A stretch of 64,000 bases of DNA from Candidatus Latescibacterota bacterium (GTDB taxonomy: Bacteria > Latescibacterota > UBA2968): NCBI GenBank assembly GCA_965208125.1, contig OZ242320.1:480001-544000 (forward strand). The letters are read 5' to 3'. Of this stretch, positions 36,633 through 47,180 are shown one piece after another. Within the stretch, counting starts at the first letter, position 1. Each line of letters starts with the position of its first letter. A model generated the notes under the pieces. The model ran no database searches, was not told the origin of the DNA, and saw only the letters and a program-made list of their open reading frames with translations. Made by a program: the position numbers and the translations under genes.

Positions 36633-39089
36633 CTATTCATGCCGCAACGCTTCCACCGGATTGGACAGCGCCGCACGAAGGGCGTGGAAACTCACAGTAA
36701 ACAACGCAATCGCCAAGGCAACCGCGCCACTCAACACAAATATCCACCACGAAAGATCCGTGCGATAGGCAAAACCCTCCAGCCAACTTCGCATGGCAAA
36801 ATACGCAACCGGCCATGCAAACAGATTTGCAATCAAAACCATAATTGCAAATGTCCTGGAAATCAGCATCACAATATTTGACACACTCGCACCCAAAACC
36901 TTTCGCACCCCAATCTCTTTCACGCGCTGCTCAACCGTAAATGCCGCAAGGCCAAACAGACCCATACACGCGAGCAAAATCGCCATCCCCGAAGAGAGCA
37001 ATGTCAGCGCCTGCGCCCGTTGTTCTGCAGAGTACATATATTCAAACTGCTGGTCCCACATCATATATTCAAAAGGCTGATCTGCGGGAGCGAATCGCTT
37101 CCAGGTCTTTTTAAAAAAAGCGAGTGTCTCTTCCATCCCCTCGGCTTTGACGCGCACGCCCAAACTGTAAAATTGCTGGTGCCGAAGCGTCAGCGCAACA
37201 GGACCAATTTCTTCTTGCAACGGACCGTAGTGAAAGTCCCGCACAACGCCAATCACCGTCCCCTTCCGATTTCTCTCCCGATCAACCCACTCAAAAGACT
37301 TGCCAATAGGATCATCCCAGCCGAGCCGCGCAACAGCCGTTTCATTGATAATAAACGCTTTTGACGTATCTGTGGGAAATGCAATCGGATCAAATTTGCG
37401 TCCTTCTACCAGCCCAATTTGAAACACATCGAGATAATCTTCATCGACCTCCAGAAGCGGCATGCGCCAGTCTGTGTCCTCGTGTCCCTCTGCTCGAATC
37501 GTTCGAATAATACCCCCACTCCATCCAACCCGCCAGCGATAAGCCGTTGCTTCAAGCGCGTTCGGATGGGCGAGGAATGCCTCTTTCACCGTAGCATAAC
37601 GGGCGGCGAGCTTTTGCTCCGGATCCAATTTTGTTTCCTGATCGAGAACAAATATGGGCATGAGCACCATCTGCTCCATATTAAAACCCAGATGCTTATT
37701 TTTAATATAATCGAGTTGCCGATAGATCACCCCCGTACTCGCGAGCAGAGTAATTGAAATTGCAAACTGCGCCACCACCAATCCTCTTCGAATCCACTGC
37801 CCCCGAGAACCCGCGCGAAACGCCCCCTTTAGTGTCTCTGTGGGTTCATACGCCGAAAGAAAAAATGCGGGATAAACACCGGCCAACAGCCCGACGAATA
37901 CGGCAATACCAATCAGGGCCATTGTGAGCAACGGATCACTCGACAAATTCAACTCGAGTTGCTTAAAGAAAAAGGCGTTAAACTCGGGGAGCACGAGTTC
38001 GACGGCACTAAGCGCGAGCACAAGCGCGACCAATGCCGTGAGAACAGACTCACCCAAAAACTGACCCATAAGTTGTGAGCGATACGCCCCCGACACCTTT
38101 CGCAAACCCACCTCGTGCGCCCTGCGAGCCGATTGTGCCGTCGTCAAATTAGTAAAATTGATACATCCAATCGCAAGCACCAGAACTGCAATAGCACCAA
38201 ACTGATAAACGCGGTCAATATCGCCGTACCAATCCAGATCATAGTCCTTCCTCGAATAGAGATAAATGCGATTGAGAGGCTGGAGATGATACGCATTTGT
38301 ACGCGCAATCTCTGCCCCCATATAGCGATTCATAAATTCGGGAAGCTTCGCGGACAGCGCCTTTGGGTCAGCTCCTTCTCGCAGCAAAACATACGTATTG
38401 ACCGGACGCCAGCCATCGGTAGGTATCCAATCTTCCCAGAGATATTTCGCGCCTTCGGACGAAAAACTGCCTATTCCGATATAATCGATATAATCGGTTT
38501 CTCCGTAGCGGCTGAGTGTAGAGTTGCGGGGCACATCTTTTATTATAGCAGTGATGGTGCGCTCGCCTCCGTGATGCTTGCTTTCAGAGGTGATGGTCTT
38601 GCCAATCGGGTCTTCGTCTCCAAATAACCGCTTTGCCGCCGATTCCGTTATGGCAATCGCATTGGGATTGGGAAAAGCGGTCTCGAGACTGCCGCGCACA
38701 AATGGAAAATCGAAAATTTCAAACATCTCGGGATCGGCAATACAGATACTCAGTGGAAATTCTTTTTCTCTCAGGCTTACGTCTATGAAATCAATCCATA
38801 CGCGCACGGCTTTTTCCACCTCGGGAAAATCTCGCTCAAGTGCCCCTGCCAGCGCGCCCGACGTATCGGGCAAATAATTCGATTGTCCCCCAGCCTTAGT
38901 CTCCCGCATCACGCGATAAATCCGATCTCCTTTTGCATGCCAACTGTCAAAACTCAACTCGTCCTGAATATAGAGCACGATCAAAATGCACGTCCCCAGA
39001 CCAATGGCAAGCCCCAGAATATTGATAGCGCTAAAGGTCTTTTGCCGCTTGAGATTTCTCAGTGCGATAATCAGGTAATTTCTAAACAC
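36633..39089 (-). CDS. MacB/FtsX-family duplicated ABC permease
   Basis: MFRNYLIIALRNL...INILGLAIG; two FtsX halves with 'EVGLRKVSGA' and 'KEIGVRKVLGAS'; ends NPVEALRHE. Confidence 0.93.
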   Translation of the reverse strand: MFRNYLIIALRNLKRQKTFSAINILGLAIGLGTCILIVLYIQDELSFDSWHAKGDRIYRVMRETKAGGQSNYLPDTSGALAGALERDFPEVEKAVRVWIDFIDVSLREKEFPLSICIADPEMFEIFDFPFVRGSLETAFPNPNAIAITESAAKRLFGDEDPIGKTITSESKHHGGERTITAIIKDVPRNSTLSRYGETDYIDYIGIGSFSSEGAKYLWEDWIPTDGWRPVNTYVLLREGADPKALSAKLPEFMNRYMGAEIARTNAYHLQPLNRIYLYSRKDYDLDWYGDIDRVYQFGAIAVLVLAIGCINFTNLTTAQSARRAHEVGLRKVSGAYRSQLMGQFLGESVLTALVALVLALSAVELVLPEFNAFFFKQLELNLSSDPLLTMALIGIAVFVGLLAGVYPAFFLSAYEPTETLKGAFRAGSRGQWIRRGLVVAQFAISITLLASTGVIYRQLDYIKNKHLGFNMEQMVLMPIFVLDQETKLDPEQKLAARYATVKEAFLAHPNALEATAYRWRVGWSGGIIRTIRAEGHEDTDWRMPLLEVDEDYLDVFQIGLVEGRKFDPIAFPTDTSKAFIINETAVARLGWDDPIGKSFEWVDRERNRKGTVIGVVRDFHYGPLQEEIGPVALTLRHQQFYSLGVRVKAEGMEETLAFFKKTWKRFAPADQPFEYMMWDQQFEYMYSAEQRAQALTLLSSGMAILLACMGLFGLAAFTVEQRVKEIGVRKVLGASVSNIVMLISRTFAIMVLIANLFAWPVAYFAMRSWLEGFAYRTDLSWWIFVLSGAVALAIALFTVSFHALRAALSNPVEALRHE

Positions 39090-39188
39090 GATAATCCTCC
39101 CCGTTACAAGTAGAACGAATTAAAAACTATTAACCCATTAGACACACCTGGTAAATAATGGGGTGGAAAGTTTTTCACCCAAAATGAA

Positions 39189-39306
39189 GCAATTTCTGTG
39201 CCAAAATCCTCTTCTCTATGTTTTACAAGGAGTTATAAAAATTAGTGCCATGGGCACAGTTCAATAAGTGTCCGATTTTGATACAGTAGTGTCCGAAAAT
39301 GAACAC
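39189..39306 (-). promoter_or_regulatory. sigma54 promoter with tandem upstream enhancer-like sites
   Basis: Minus strand TGGCACAGAAATTGC (39203-39189); imperfect palindromes GTGTCCGATTTTGATACA (39268) and GTGTCCGAAAATGAACAC (39289). Confidence 0.7.
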
Positions 39307-39313
39307 CTGAAAT

Positions 39314-39350
39314 AAAAACAGGCACATTGTTTTGATTGCAATGTGCCTGC
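39314..39350 (-). terminator. Intrinsic terminator
   Basis: CAGGCACATTG...CAATGTGCCTG with an A-run on the left (U-tail on the minus strand). Confidence 0.75.
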
Positions 39351-39379
39351 TGTATTATCCGTTTTAAACCACACAACAT

Positions 39380-41164
39380 TCAAATCACCAACATCTTCAC
39401 CTCGTGTTTCTTAGCGAAATATACGTCATTTCCCATCACAGGACCGGGGATTTGGAAAGCGTCTTCTTCCTCGTACAGAAGCGTAATAGCGCGGTGGGCT
39501 GGATCGAACGCATAAAAAGACCCCGTCGTAAAACCGTATATCTTCCCATCTGGTCCATTCTGAAGCCCCAGATCCAGCGGACGATCATCTAAGGGAATCG
39601 CATAGAGAAACGCCCGCGAAACAGGATCAAACGCAAACAGAACAGGACCTTCATCGCCCAGAGCAGTCCCGTACAGTAAACCATTCTCACCGACAACAAG
39701 CGCATTAATCGCTGAAATGTGCCTATCGAGCGTACCCTCCCACGCCTTCTCCTCCCGTTCATAATCCCACAAAAACAACACCGCCTGTGAAACCCGCGGA
39801 CGGGTACCGGATCCGCCGTTAATCGTCGTCCCCACCGCGAGCAAATCCTGGCGAGACAGCCATGCCAGCGACCAGCAACTCGCCTCCCCGGCGATATCGC
39901 GGTAAGACCCAAACTGCTCCGTACCCGGATCGAACCACGACAGCGGACCACCCCACAAACCGTAATCCGGAACAGACGCGATCCACACCCGCCCCATCGG
40001 ACCCGTCACCAGCGCACGGGGACGATAGGACACCTCATCTACACGCCCCAAATCGCGCGGATTGCTATCAGCCGCCACCCCAAAACGATACGCACGCGAA
40101 GGATCATACACCGACAGCCTCGCACCGGGATAAGAACAAATATAGAGCTTCCCGTCCAAATTCCCCATCGAATACGCCTCACCAGTCGCCGTTGAACAAA
40201 CCCCCAGATCCATCATCTCGCCCGAAGAAGGCACAAAGCGGAACAAATGCAATGGCAAAATACTCGACCCGTATATATTGTCATCCGGACCGCGGTGCAT
40301 CAAAAACAACTCGCTCCCCGCCGATTTGTATGAAATAGGCAATCGCCTCGTCGCGCCCGTCCTGGGATGCGTAATCCCAACCACGCGGTACATCTGCGTA
40401 TCCCGATCAGCAAAATCAACAACCGCGCCATCGGACATCGTCGGCAACGGCGCAGGCTCGGGAAGCGACGCCACCCGAACCGCCTCAAACCCTTCCAGAC
40501 GAAAATTGCCCTCGGACGACGCGATATAAAGCACCCCATCGGACGCCCGCATCAACACCGACGCCCCACCATCCTCCTTTGTCACAACCGATCCTACCGC
40601 CTTCCGAACACCCGTCCTCGGGTCCAGCACCACCACATGGGGCCGCGTCATCTTAATCTCGCATGCAATCGTCCCATCGGGCGCACACATCGGATAACAA
40701 TACATATCCGTCTCATCCATCCGTCCATACCGCACAAACACACCCGTCCTCGGATCGTAACTCGTCAACCCCGCCGAACCGTAACACCCGATCCACAGCA
40801 CCCCCTGGGCATCCTCATCAATACGACATGGAAACGTATCATCCGGCAAATTAATCGCCCCCAAATTATCCAACCGCCCCGTCTTTGCATCATAACAAAA
40901 CAAATACCCTGCGTACGCCGCCCCAATATAAATCACACCACTTCGACTCAGCAGCGTCGCCGTCGGATAATGCGCCGAAGGCAGCGTCGCCGTCACCTGA
41001 TCCGTATCACCCATAACCGGATCTATCTTCACCACCATAAAACCATCTGCCTGCTGGCCCATCACAGCCACCAGACAATCGCGACCCTCTGCATCCAGCG
41101 TCGGGAAAATACGCACCCAATTCACACTGCGAATCGGCACGCCAAGAGTATGGACAGAAGACAC
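39380..41164 (-). CDS. Double beta-propeller protein of unknown function
   Basis: Repeated blades 'G.IYIG...LF.YD..TG...LG', 'GPDDNIYGS', 'GPDGKIYG'. Confidence 0.75.
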   Translation of the reverse strand: MSSVHTLGVPIRSVNWVRIFPTLDAEGRDCLVAVMGQQADGFMVVKIDPVMGDTDQVTATLPSAHYPTATLLSRSGVIYIGAAYAGYLFCYDAKTGRLDNLGAINLPDDTFPCRIDEDAQGVLWIGCYGSAGLTSYDPRTGVFVRYGRMDETDMYCYPMCAPDGTIACEIKMTRPHVVVLDPRTGVRKAVGSVVTKEDGGASVLMRASDGVLYIASSEGNFRLEGFEAVRVASLPEPAPLPTMSDGAVVDFADRDTQMYRVVGITHPRTGATRRLPISYKSAGSELFLMHRGPDDNIYGSSILPLHLFRFVPSSGEMMDLGVCSTATGEAYSMGNLDGKLYICSYPGARLSVYDPSRAYRFGVAADSNPRDLGRVDEVSYRPRALVTGPMGRVWIASVPDYGLWGGPLSWFDPGTEQFGSYRDIAGEASCWSLAWLSRQDLLAVGTTINGGSGTRPRVSQAVLFLWDYEREEKAWEGTLDRHISAINALVVGENGLLYGTALGDEGPVLFAFDPVSRAFLYAIPLDDRPLDLGLQNGPDGKIYGFTTGSFYAFDPAHRAITLLYEEEDAFQIPGPVMGNDVYFAKKHEVKMLVI

Positions 41165-41217
41165 GACACACCCCCAAAAAATATGGGATGACCCGTTATT
41201 GGATCATCCCAAAGAAA

Positions 41218-43410
41218 TCAAAACTGATATTCCCGCTTAGTCTTTTTAGGTTGACTGGGAGTCGGCAAAGACTGCGGATTCGAAGTATGTATGTGACACG
41301 GGCGTTTGGGTTCAGTACCCGGCTTAAACACCTCCGTATAGCGCTTAGAACAATAAATAGACGCCACTTCATAAGTATCGCCACAAACCTCCACCTCTGG
41401 AATATCCTCCGGCAACACAAAATCTTCAACCGGCAACTGAAGTACCGTGTGCGCGCGCCACATAAACTCCGCCCAAATCGGCAACGCCACAGCCGCGCCC
41501 GTCATTCGTCTGCCCATCGACACCTTGGAATCAAACCCCACCCACACCCCACACACAATCTGCGGCGTAAACCCGATAAACCACGCATCGGCATACTCCT
41601 GCGTTGTCCCCGTCTTTCCCGCGGCGGGACGACGAAATCCATAAGCCGTGCGCGCACTCCGCCCCGTACCCGTCAAAACCGCGTAATTTTCACCCGCCCG
41701 CATATCCAGAATCGACTGCATCAGATTCACAGTCACAGCCGCAGTCTCCTCGCTCAACACAACCTGTTCGCGTCCCTGTATATTCTCCTCGAGCACATTG
41801 CCATTCTTATCCTCAATCTTCAAAATCGACATCGGCGTCACGCGAATACCCTTATTCGCCAGCGTCCCATAAGCCGACGCCAATTCCAACAACTCGACCT
41901 CACTCGTCCCCATCCCCAAAGATAAAACCGGTTGAATCTGCGAATCAATCCCCATCTTCATCGCGTAATCCACCGCCGTCTTCGGTCCCACTGCTTGCAA
42001 CACCTGAGTCGTCACCACATTGCGAGAACCGGCAAGCCCCTCGCGCATCGTCATCCACCCCAAAAATTTTCGGTCGTAATTCTCCGGCTGCCAATACGTC
42101 CCGTCATACATCTTAATCGACACAGCTGTATCGGGTAACCGCCACGTCGGCGTATGGCCCTCATCAACCGCAGCCGTATAAATAAAAGGCTTAAAAGAAG
42201 ACCCCGGCTGACGCATAGCCTGCGTTGCGCGATTGAACTTACTCTCTTCAAAATTGCGCCCGCCCACCATCGCCAGAATATGTCCCGTATGCGGATCCAG
42301 CGCCACCAGCGCCCCCTGCAACACCAGATTGGCCAGCGTATCCTCATGCGTCTTAATCTTCGCAAAAAATGCCGCCCCCGGGGGATCGCGCTTCCAATTG
42401 TCAGCCACGCGATCTTTCAGCCGCCCCATCAAATTGCTCGACACCACATCTTCCGCGACCTCTTGCAACCGACTATCCAGCGTCGTAGTAACAGTCGCGC
42501 CATCGTAAAGCACACTCAGCCCATAGGTATGCTCCAAATACTTGCGGATATCCTCTGTAAAATAAGGCGCTTCTCCCGTCTCCTCGCGATTCTCCTTCAA
42601 AACAATCGGACGCTGAGCAATCGAATCGTATTCCGCCGCCGTAATCCTACCCGACGCCCGCAAATTGTACAACACCACATTATTGCGCCTATCCAGCGAG
42701 CGCTCGGGATGATAAATCGGCGAATAGGGCGTCGGCCCCTTCAAAAGCCCGACCAACAACGCACCCTCCTCCAGCGTCAAACGCTCCACATCCTTCCCAA
42801 AAAAACGACGCGTAGCAGTCTGAATACCATAAGCACTATTGCCAAAATACATCTGATTAAAATACATCGTAATAATTTCGCGCTTGGTATAGGTGCGCTC
42901 CAAAAGCACGGCAGTCATCTGCTCCTGAATTTTGCGCTTCCACGTTGGATCCAGCGTCAAAAAAATATTGCGCGCCAGTTGTTGTGTCAGCGTACTCGCA
43001 CCGTGTCCCTTTAAGGTACCCGACGTATAAACATTGCGGAACACCACGCGGATAATATCGGGAACACTCACACCCCAATGCCCCCAAAAACGCTGATCTT
43101 CCGTGACAATCAGAGCGTCAATCACAGCGCTCGGCAATTGCTCAAACGCAATGGGATCGCGCCTCTGCACCCAGAACTTCTTCAACTCCACCCCATCTCG
43201 AGAAAAAATATTAGTCGTCTGCGCGGGATCCACATCCTCTAACTTATCAAAAGACGGCAAGCCATCTTTGTACCCATAAATCACCGCAACAGCAATGCCC
43301 AAATACCCCACCACACAAATCGCACAATAGATCGCCATACGGGAAAGATGGGGCCTTATCCCGTAGATTATCTGATCGATATAGGGTCTTATCTTATCTA
43401 TCTTGATCAT
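41218..43410 (-). CDS. Class A penicillin-binding protein (PBP1A family)
   Basis: TEDQRF..H.G, GASTLTQQLARN, RKIQE, RQPGSSFKP, SRN, GKTGT. Confidence 0.95.
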   Translation of the reverse strand: MIKIDKIRPYIDQIIYGIRPHLSRMAIYCAICVVGYLGIAVAVIYGYKDGLPSFDKLEDVDPAQTTNIFSRDGVELKKFWVQRRDPIAFEQLPSAVIDALIVTEDQRFWGHWGVSVPDIIRVVFRNVYTSGTLKGHGASTLTQQLARNIFLTLDPTWKRKIQEQMTAVLLERTYTKREIITMYFNQMYFGNSAYGIQTATRRFFGKDVERLTLEEGALLVGLLKGPTPYSPIYHPERSLDRRNNVVLYNLRASGRITAAEYDSIAQRPIVLKENREETGEAPYFTEDIRKYLEHTYGLSVLYDGATVTTTLDSRLQEVAEDVVSSNLMGRLKDRVADNWKRDPPGAAFFAKIKTHEDTLANLVLQGALVALDPHTGHILAMVGGRNFEESKFNRATQAMRQPGSSFKPFIYTAAVDEGHTPTWRLPDTAVSIKMYDGTYWQPENYDRKFLGWMTMREGLAGSRNVVTTQVLQAVGPKTAVDYAMKMGIDSQIQPVLSLGMGTSEVELLELASAYGTLANKGIRVTPMSILKIEDKNGNVLEENIQGREQVVLSEETAAVTVNLMQSILDMRAGENYAVLTGTGRSARTAYGFRRPAAGKTGTTQEYADAWFIGFTPQIVCGVWVGFDSKVSMGRRMTGAAVALPIWAEFMWRAHTVLQLPVEDFVLPEDIPEVEVCGDTYEVASIYCSKRYTEVFKPGTEPKRPCHIHTSNPQSLPTPSQPKKTKREYQF

Positions 43411-43416
43411 CCTGAT

Positions 43417-45024
43417 CTATTCCGGATAAAGCCACGGTACGCGGCTGATGAGATAATCGCGCTGTTCCTCCATCATCACCTCAATCACAGCAGGACCTTC
43501 CAAACCCAGCGTATCCGCAAAAACCGCTTCAAAACGATCGGGATCATCCACGCGGATACCCCTTGCACCCAGTGATCGCGCCAGATCTGCAAGACGAGGC
43601 GTCTTCATATCCGTATCGATCACCCGACCATCAAAAGCCTTTGCCTGCGCGCCGCGAATCGCCGAAAGACTGCCATCATTGGAAACAACCGAAATCGTCC
43701 CAATACCGTGTTCGGCCGCAGTAGCGAGTTCACTCGCCGTCATCTGAAACCCGCCATCGCCACAAAACGCGACAACCTCCTGATCTGGACACGCGAGCTT
43801 CGCGCCAATAGCAGCGGGAACAGCAAACCCCAGCGTAACCGAATGACTGGGATAGAGAAACGTACGCGGAATAGTAATCGGATACTCGTCAAACGCGCGA
43901 TACCCAATAGACGTAACATCCACCACAATAATCGTATCCTCTGGAAGCGAACTGCGCGTAACGCCCATAATCGGCACCGGCGCGCGATTGGACGCGGCCT
44001 CGGCCCGCGTGCGATCAATAAAATCGTCCCAGTCAGCCGCATAACCAGCCGCCACATCGGCGAGTTGGGGAATCGATTGCGCCAGATCACCCGAAGCACC
44101 CACCTCAATCGGATACTCGCGCCCAAGCTCTCGCGGATCGGGATCGAGTTGAACCTTGCGATCCGGCAGCGGAAGCGACCAGCTCCGCGTATCGATCTGC
44201 GTAAAGCGACAGCCAATCGCCAGCAGCAAATCCGCCCTACCGAGAATGGCCTTACCCGCCTGCGCCGAACAATGCCCCACAGTCAGGGGATGACCATCTG
44301 GCATAACCCCCTTCCCCAAACGGGAATAAACAACTGGAATATTGAGCCCCTCTGCGAGAGAACGGAGCGCATCGGTAGCATTGGCGTGAATAACCGCACT
44401 ACCCGCCAGAATAACTGGACGCTTCGCCGTGCGCAGCACCGCAGCCACGCGATCAATATCCACACTATCGGGACAAAGGCAATCCCCCTCAACCACAGGT
44501 GGAATATCCGCCATACCCTCCTCTGCGGCCACATCGGTCGGTATTTCAATAACTGCAGGACCGGGACGCGGGGCACGCAGTGCCTTGAACGCACCCACAA
44601 CAGCATCGGGAATTTCAGCAACAGACCTGGGACGCGCAAAAAAGTGCGTAATCGACTTAAAAAAAGTCTCCTGATCCAGACCGTGAAAACACTTGGCGCG
44701 ATCCCGCCCGTCAAAAGCAACCTCTGTCCCCCCGGTAATCAACAGCACGGGAACGCAATCCGTATGGGCATCTACCAGACCCGTAGAGGCATTTGTCGAA
44801 CCGGGACCCGGAACAGTAAGCGCGACACCAACGCGCCCAGACGCGCGCGCATACCCATTCGCAATCAGCGTCGCGCCCTGTTCGTGGCGGATGAGCAGAT
44901 GGCGAATACCACCAGCGCGCAGCACCGCGTCGTAAAGATGAATATTCTGATTGCCGGGCATACCCGTAAGCGTATCAACGCCCTGCGCTTTCAGACTCTG
45001 GATAAGTACATCAGCACCGGTCAT
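43417..45024 (-). CDS. Thiamine pyrophosphate-dependent enzyme (acetolactate synthase-like family)
   Basis: RHEQGA...A.GYAR, PGPGSTN, RPGPAVIEIP.D, GDGGFQM...EL.TA...N. Confidence 0.92.
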   Translation of the reverse strand: MTGADVLIQSLKAQGVDTLTGMPGNQNIHLYDAVLRAGGIRHLLIRHEQGATLIANGYARASGRVGVALTVPGPGSTNASTGLVDAHTDCVPVLLITGGTEVAFDGRDRAKCFHGLDQETFFKSITHFFARPRSVAEIPDAVVGAFKALRAPRPGPAVIEIPTDVAAEEGMADIPPVVEGDCLCPDSVDIDRVAAVLRTAKRPVILAGSAVIHANATDALRSLAEGLNIPVVYSRLGKGVMPDGHPLTVGHCSAQAGKAILGRADLLLAIGCRFTQIDTRSWSLPLPDRKVQLDPDPRELGREYPIEVGASGDLAQSIPQLADVAAGYAADWDDFIDRTRAEAASNRAPVPIMGVTRSSLPEDTIIVVDVTSIGYRAFDEYPITIPRTFLYPSHSVTLGFAVPAAIGAKLACPDQEVVAFCGDGGFQMTASELATAAEHGIGTISVVSNDGSLSAIRGAQAKAFDGRVIDTDMKTPRLADLARSLGARGIRVDDPDRFEAVFADTLGLEGPAVIEVMMEEQRDYLISRVPWLYPE

Positions 45025-45036
45025 AAAAAATTCCTT

Positions 45037-46122
45037 TCAACGCACAAAAAGATCGAAATATTCTGCAGCAGTCTTACCCCAGGTAAACTCAGAACGCACA
45101 TAATTGCGGGCTTCGCGTTCTATTTCCTCGCGCTCTGATGCAGACAACTGGAAAAATGCGTGAATCTGATCGACAAACGCCTGGTAATCATTTGGCGGAA
45201 TCAGATACCCCCCCTTGCTAACACTCTCCGTAAGAGCATCCACAGCAAAAGCGACAACGGGCGTAGCATCGTACATACATTCGAGAGGAGCGATACCAAA
45301 TCCCTCCACATCGTTGGGATAGGGCACATTGGGCATAATAAACAAATCGGCTTCGCGCCTGACAAAACCCAATTCTTCATCGCTAAGATAAAGCAGCAAC
45401 ACCCGATCTTGAAGACCATTTTCTTCCCAAATCTCGCGAATGCGCTCGGCATCTGGGCCAGAACCGCTAACGATCAATTTGATATCTCGATCGAGCAAAG
45501 GCACGCCGCATTCCAAAAATTTGGCCACGCCTTTTCGGGGCACTTGCCTGCCGAAATTTAGAAGAATTTTGTCCCGTCCAAATTGAATACCGTGTTTGTC
45601 CTCAAATCGCGCCTTGAGTGTCTCGCGCCGTACTTCGGGAATATTCGGCGGATCGATCCCGTTATAGACAATATCAATCTTTTCAGCAGACACGCCCCCC
45701 TGAATAGTAATCGCCCTGGTAATTTGACTAACGACAGCCACCCTGTCGCAAAACGAAACACCACAACGCATCATGCGGCTAAATATCGGATTGGAATACG
45801 TCATTTCCAATCCGTGAATCGTCACCACAAAACGCATGCGCGTAAACAGCCTTAGAAATGGCGCAATAGAACAAATCACACCATCGCTAAAATAAATTGC
45901 ATCCACCCGCCTGAAAATAATAGAAAAAAAAGAAATAAAAAACGCATAAGGCACAAACCAGATAAGATGCAAAAGCGAGTCTCTACCCAATGCGACCAGT
46001 CTTACCGAACACATCTCAACCAAGCGGTAATAGAGATTATAACAAAACGTCTCCACACCACCCACACTGGGCGGATAGCGGCGCGCGAGAAAAAGGATGC
46101 GGAAATTATTTGAAGAAGACAT
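45037..46122 (-). CDS. Glycosyltransferase family 4
   Basis: YPPSVGGVE, TIHGLE, RKGV, EGFGIAPLE. Confidence 0.92.
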   Translation of the reverse strand: MSSSNNFRILFLARRYPPSVGGVETFCYNLYYRLVEMCSVRLVALGRDSLLHLIWFVPYAFFISFFSIIFRRVDAIYFSDGVICSIAPFLRLFTRMRFVVTIHGLEMTYSNPIFSRMMRCGVSFCDRVAVVSQITRAITIQGGVSAEKIDIVYNGIDPPNIPEVRRETLKARFEDKHGIQFGRDKILLNFGRQVPRKGVAKFLECGVPLLDRDIKLIVSGSGPDAERIREIWEENGLQDRVLLLYLSDEELGFVRREADLFIMPNVPYPNDVEGFGIAPLECMYDATPVVAFAVDALTESVSKGGYLIPPNDYQAFVDQIHAFFQLSASEREEIEREARNYVRSEFTWGKTAAEYFDLFVR

Positions 46123-46124
46123 AA

Positions 46125-47180
46125 CTATGCAAGATCCCCCTGCTCGTTGCGCTGGACGAGTTCTCGTTCTGCCCGCTCGCGGTCCGCAGTGTTTTCAAGC
46201 GGAAAAACAGTCGCGCCGGGACAGGGTTTGGGATACAAAAAGCGACTGGCACCGGCCTGCTTCATCGCCTCGACAACGGGTTTTGTGTCACACGCAAGCG
46301 CGATAATCGTGCCGCCACCCCCTGCGCCAGCGAGCTTCGCGCCCAGTGCGCCACCATCCAATGCAGCCTGAATCAGCCGCTCATTTTCCGGACCCGATCC
46401 CCCCAGATCGCGCTGAATCTCGTGGTTCTCAATCATAAGCGCGCCCAGATGCGCCCAATCTTTGGCGAGAATCGCGCGTTTGCCCATACGCGCCAGATGG
46501 GCAATCCGCAAATAACAACGCCTGACCTCTCTATCGCCCTCCAACCAGCGCTCTCGAATCGGCAGATGAACAGTACCCGACGAACGCTGGACACCCGTAT
46601 GCCCCAACACAAAAGGATAATCCTCGACATATTCGTGGAGCGGTTCAACAGTCGCATAAGGTTCATCGCCAAATGCGCGGTAAAACTGCTTGCCATTAAA
46701 ATCCATATAATTCAAACCGCCAAACATGCACATATACGCATCTTGATACCCGCATAAAGCCATATAGTTCAATTCAATATGTCGCGCCATCTCAGCGCAA
46801 AAAAAAGGATGCTCGTCGCGTCCTATAAATGCAAAAATCGCATTGAGAATAGACACACTCATAGCCGACGAACTGGAAAGCCCGGCGGCAAAGGGCACAT
46901 TGCACGCCCAGCGCAGAGAAAATTTCGCACTGCCGAGATCCAAAAAATGGACAATAGCCCTGGCCACATCAAAATAGCCGCCATCCGGATACAGATCTTC
47001 GGGGCGATGCACTTCAAAGCGCTGCCCGGCAACCTCAAAACTGAGCACATCGGCAGGCTCAATCAGAACCGCGGCGCGTTCTCGCGTCGAACACGAAATA
47101 ACACTGCCGCCGTACATATCGGTGGGATTTCCAATAATGCCACAGCGCCCCGGGGCAGTGGAAAGAAACGCAGAGGTCAT
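46125..47180 (-). CDS. GHMP sugar kinase, glucuronokinase-like
   Basis: APGRCGIIGNPTDMYGG, P..AGLSSSSA, CGYQD, GAKLAGAGGGG. Confidence 0.8.
   Translation of the reverse strand: MTSAFLSTAPGRCGIIGNPTDMYGGSVISCSTRERAAVLIEPADVLSFEVAGQRFEVHRPEDLYPDGGYFDVARAIVHFLDLGSAKFSLRWACNVPFAAGLSSSSAMSVSILNAIFAFIGRDEHPFFCAEMARHIELNYMALCGYQDAYMCMFGGLNYMDFNGKQFYRAFGDEPYATVEPLHEYVEDYPFVLGHTGVQRSSGTVHLPIRERWLEGDREVRRCYLRIAHLARMGKRAILAKDWAHLGALMIENHEIQRDLGGSGPENERLIQAALDGGALGAKLAGAGGGGTIIALACDTKPVVEAMKQAGASRFLYPKPCPGATVFPLENTADRERAERELVQRNEQGDLA

Noticed and set aside
43708-45138. Long antisense ORFs (476 aa here; also 40367, 41188, 42154, 32762, 47186)
   Set aside because: They are shadows of well-supported minus-strand genes with biased codon usage and have no recognisable motifs.
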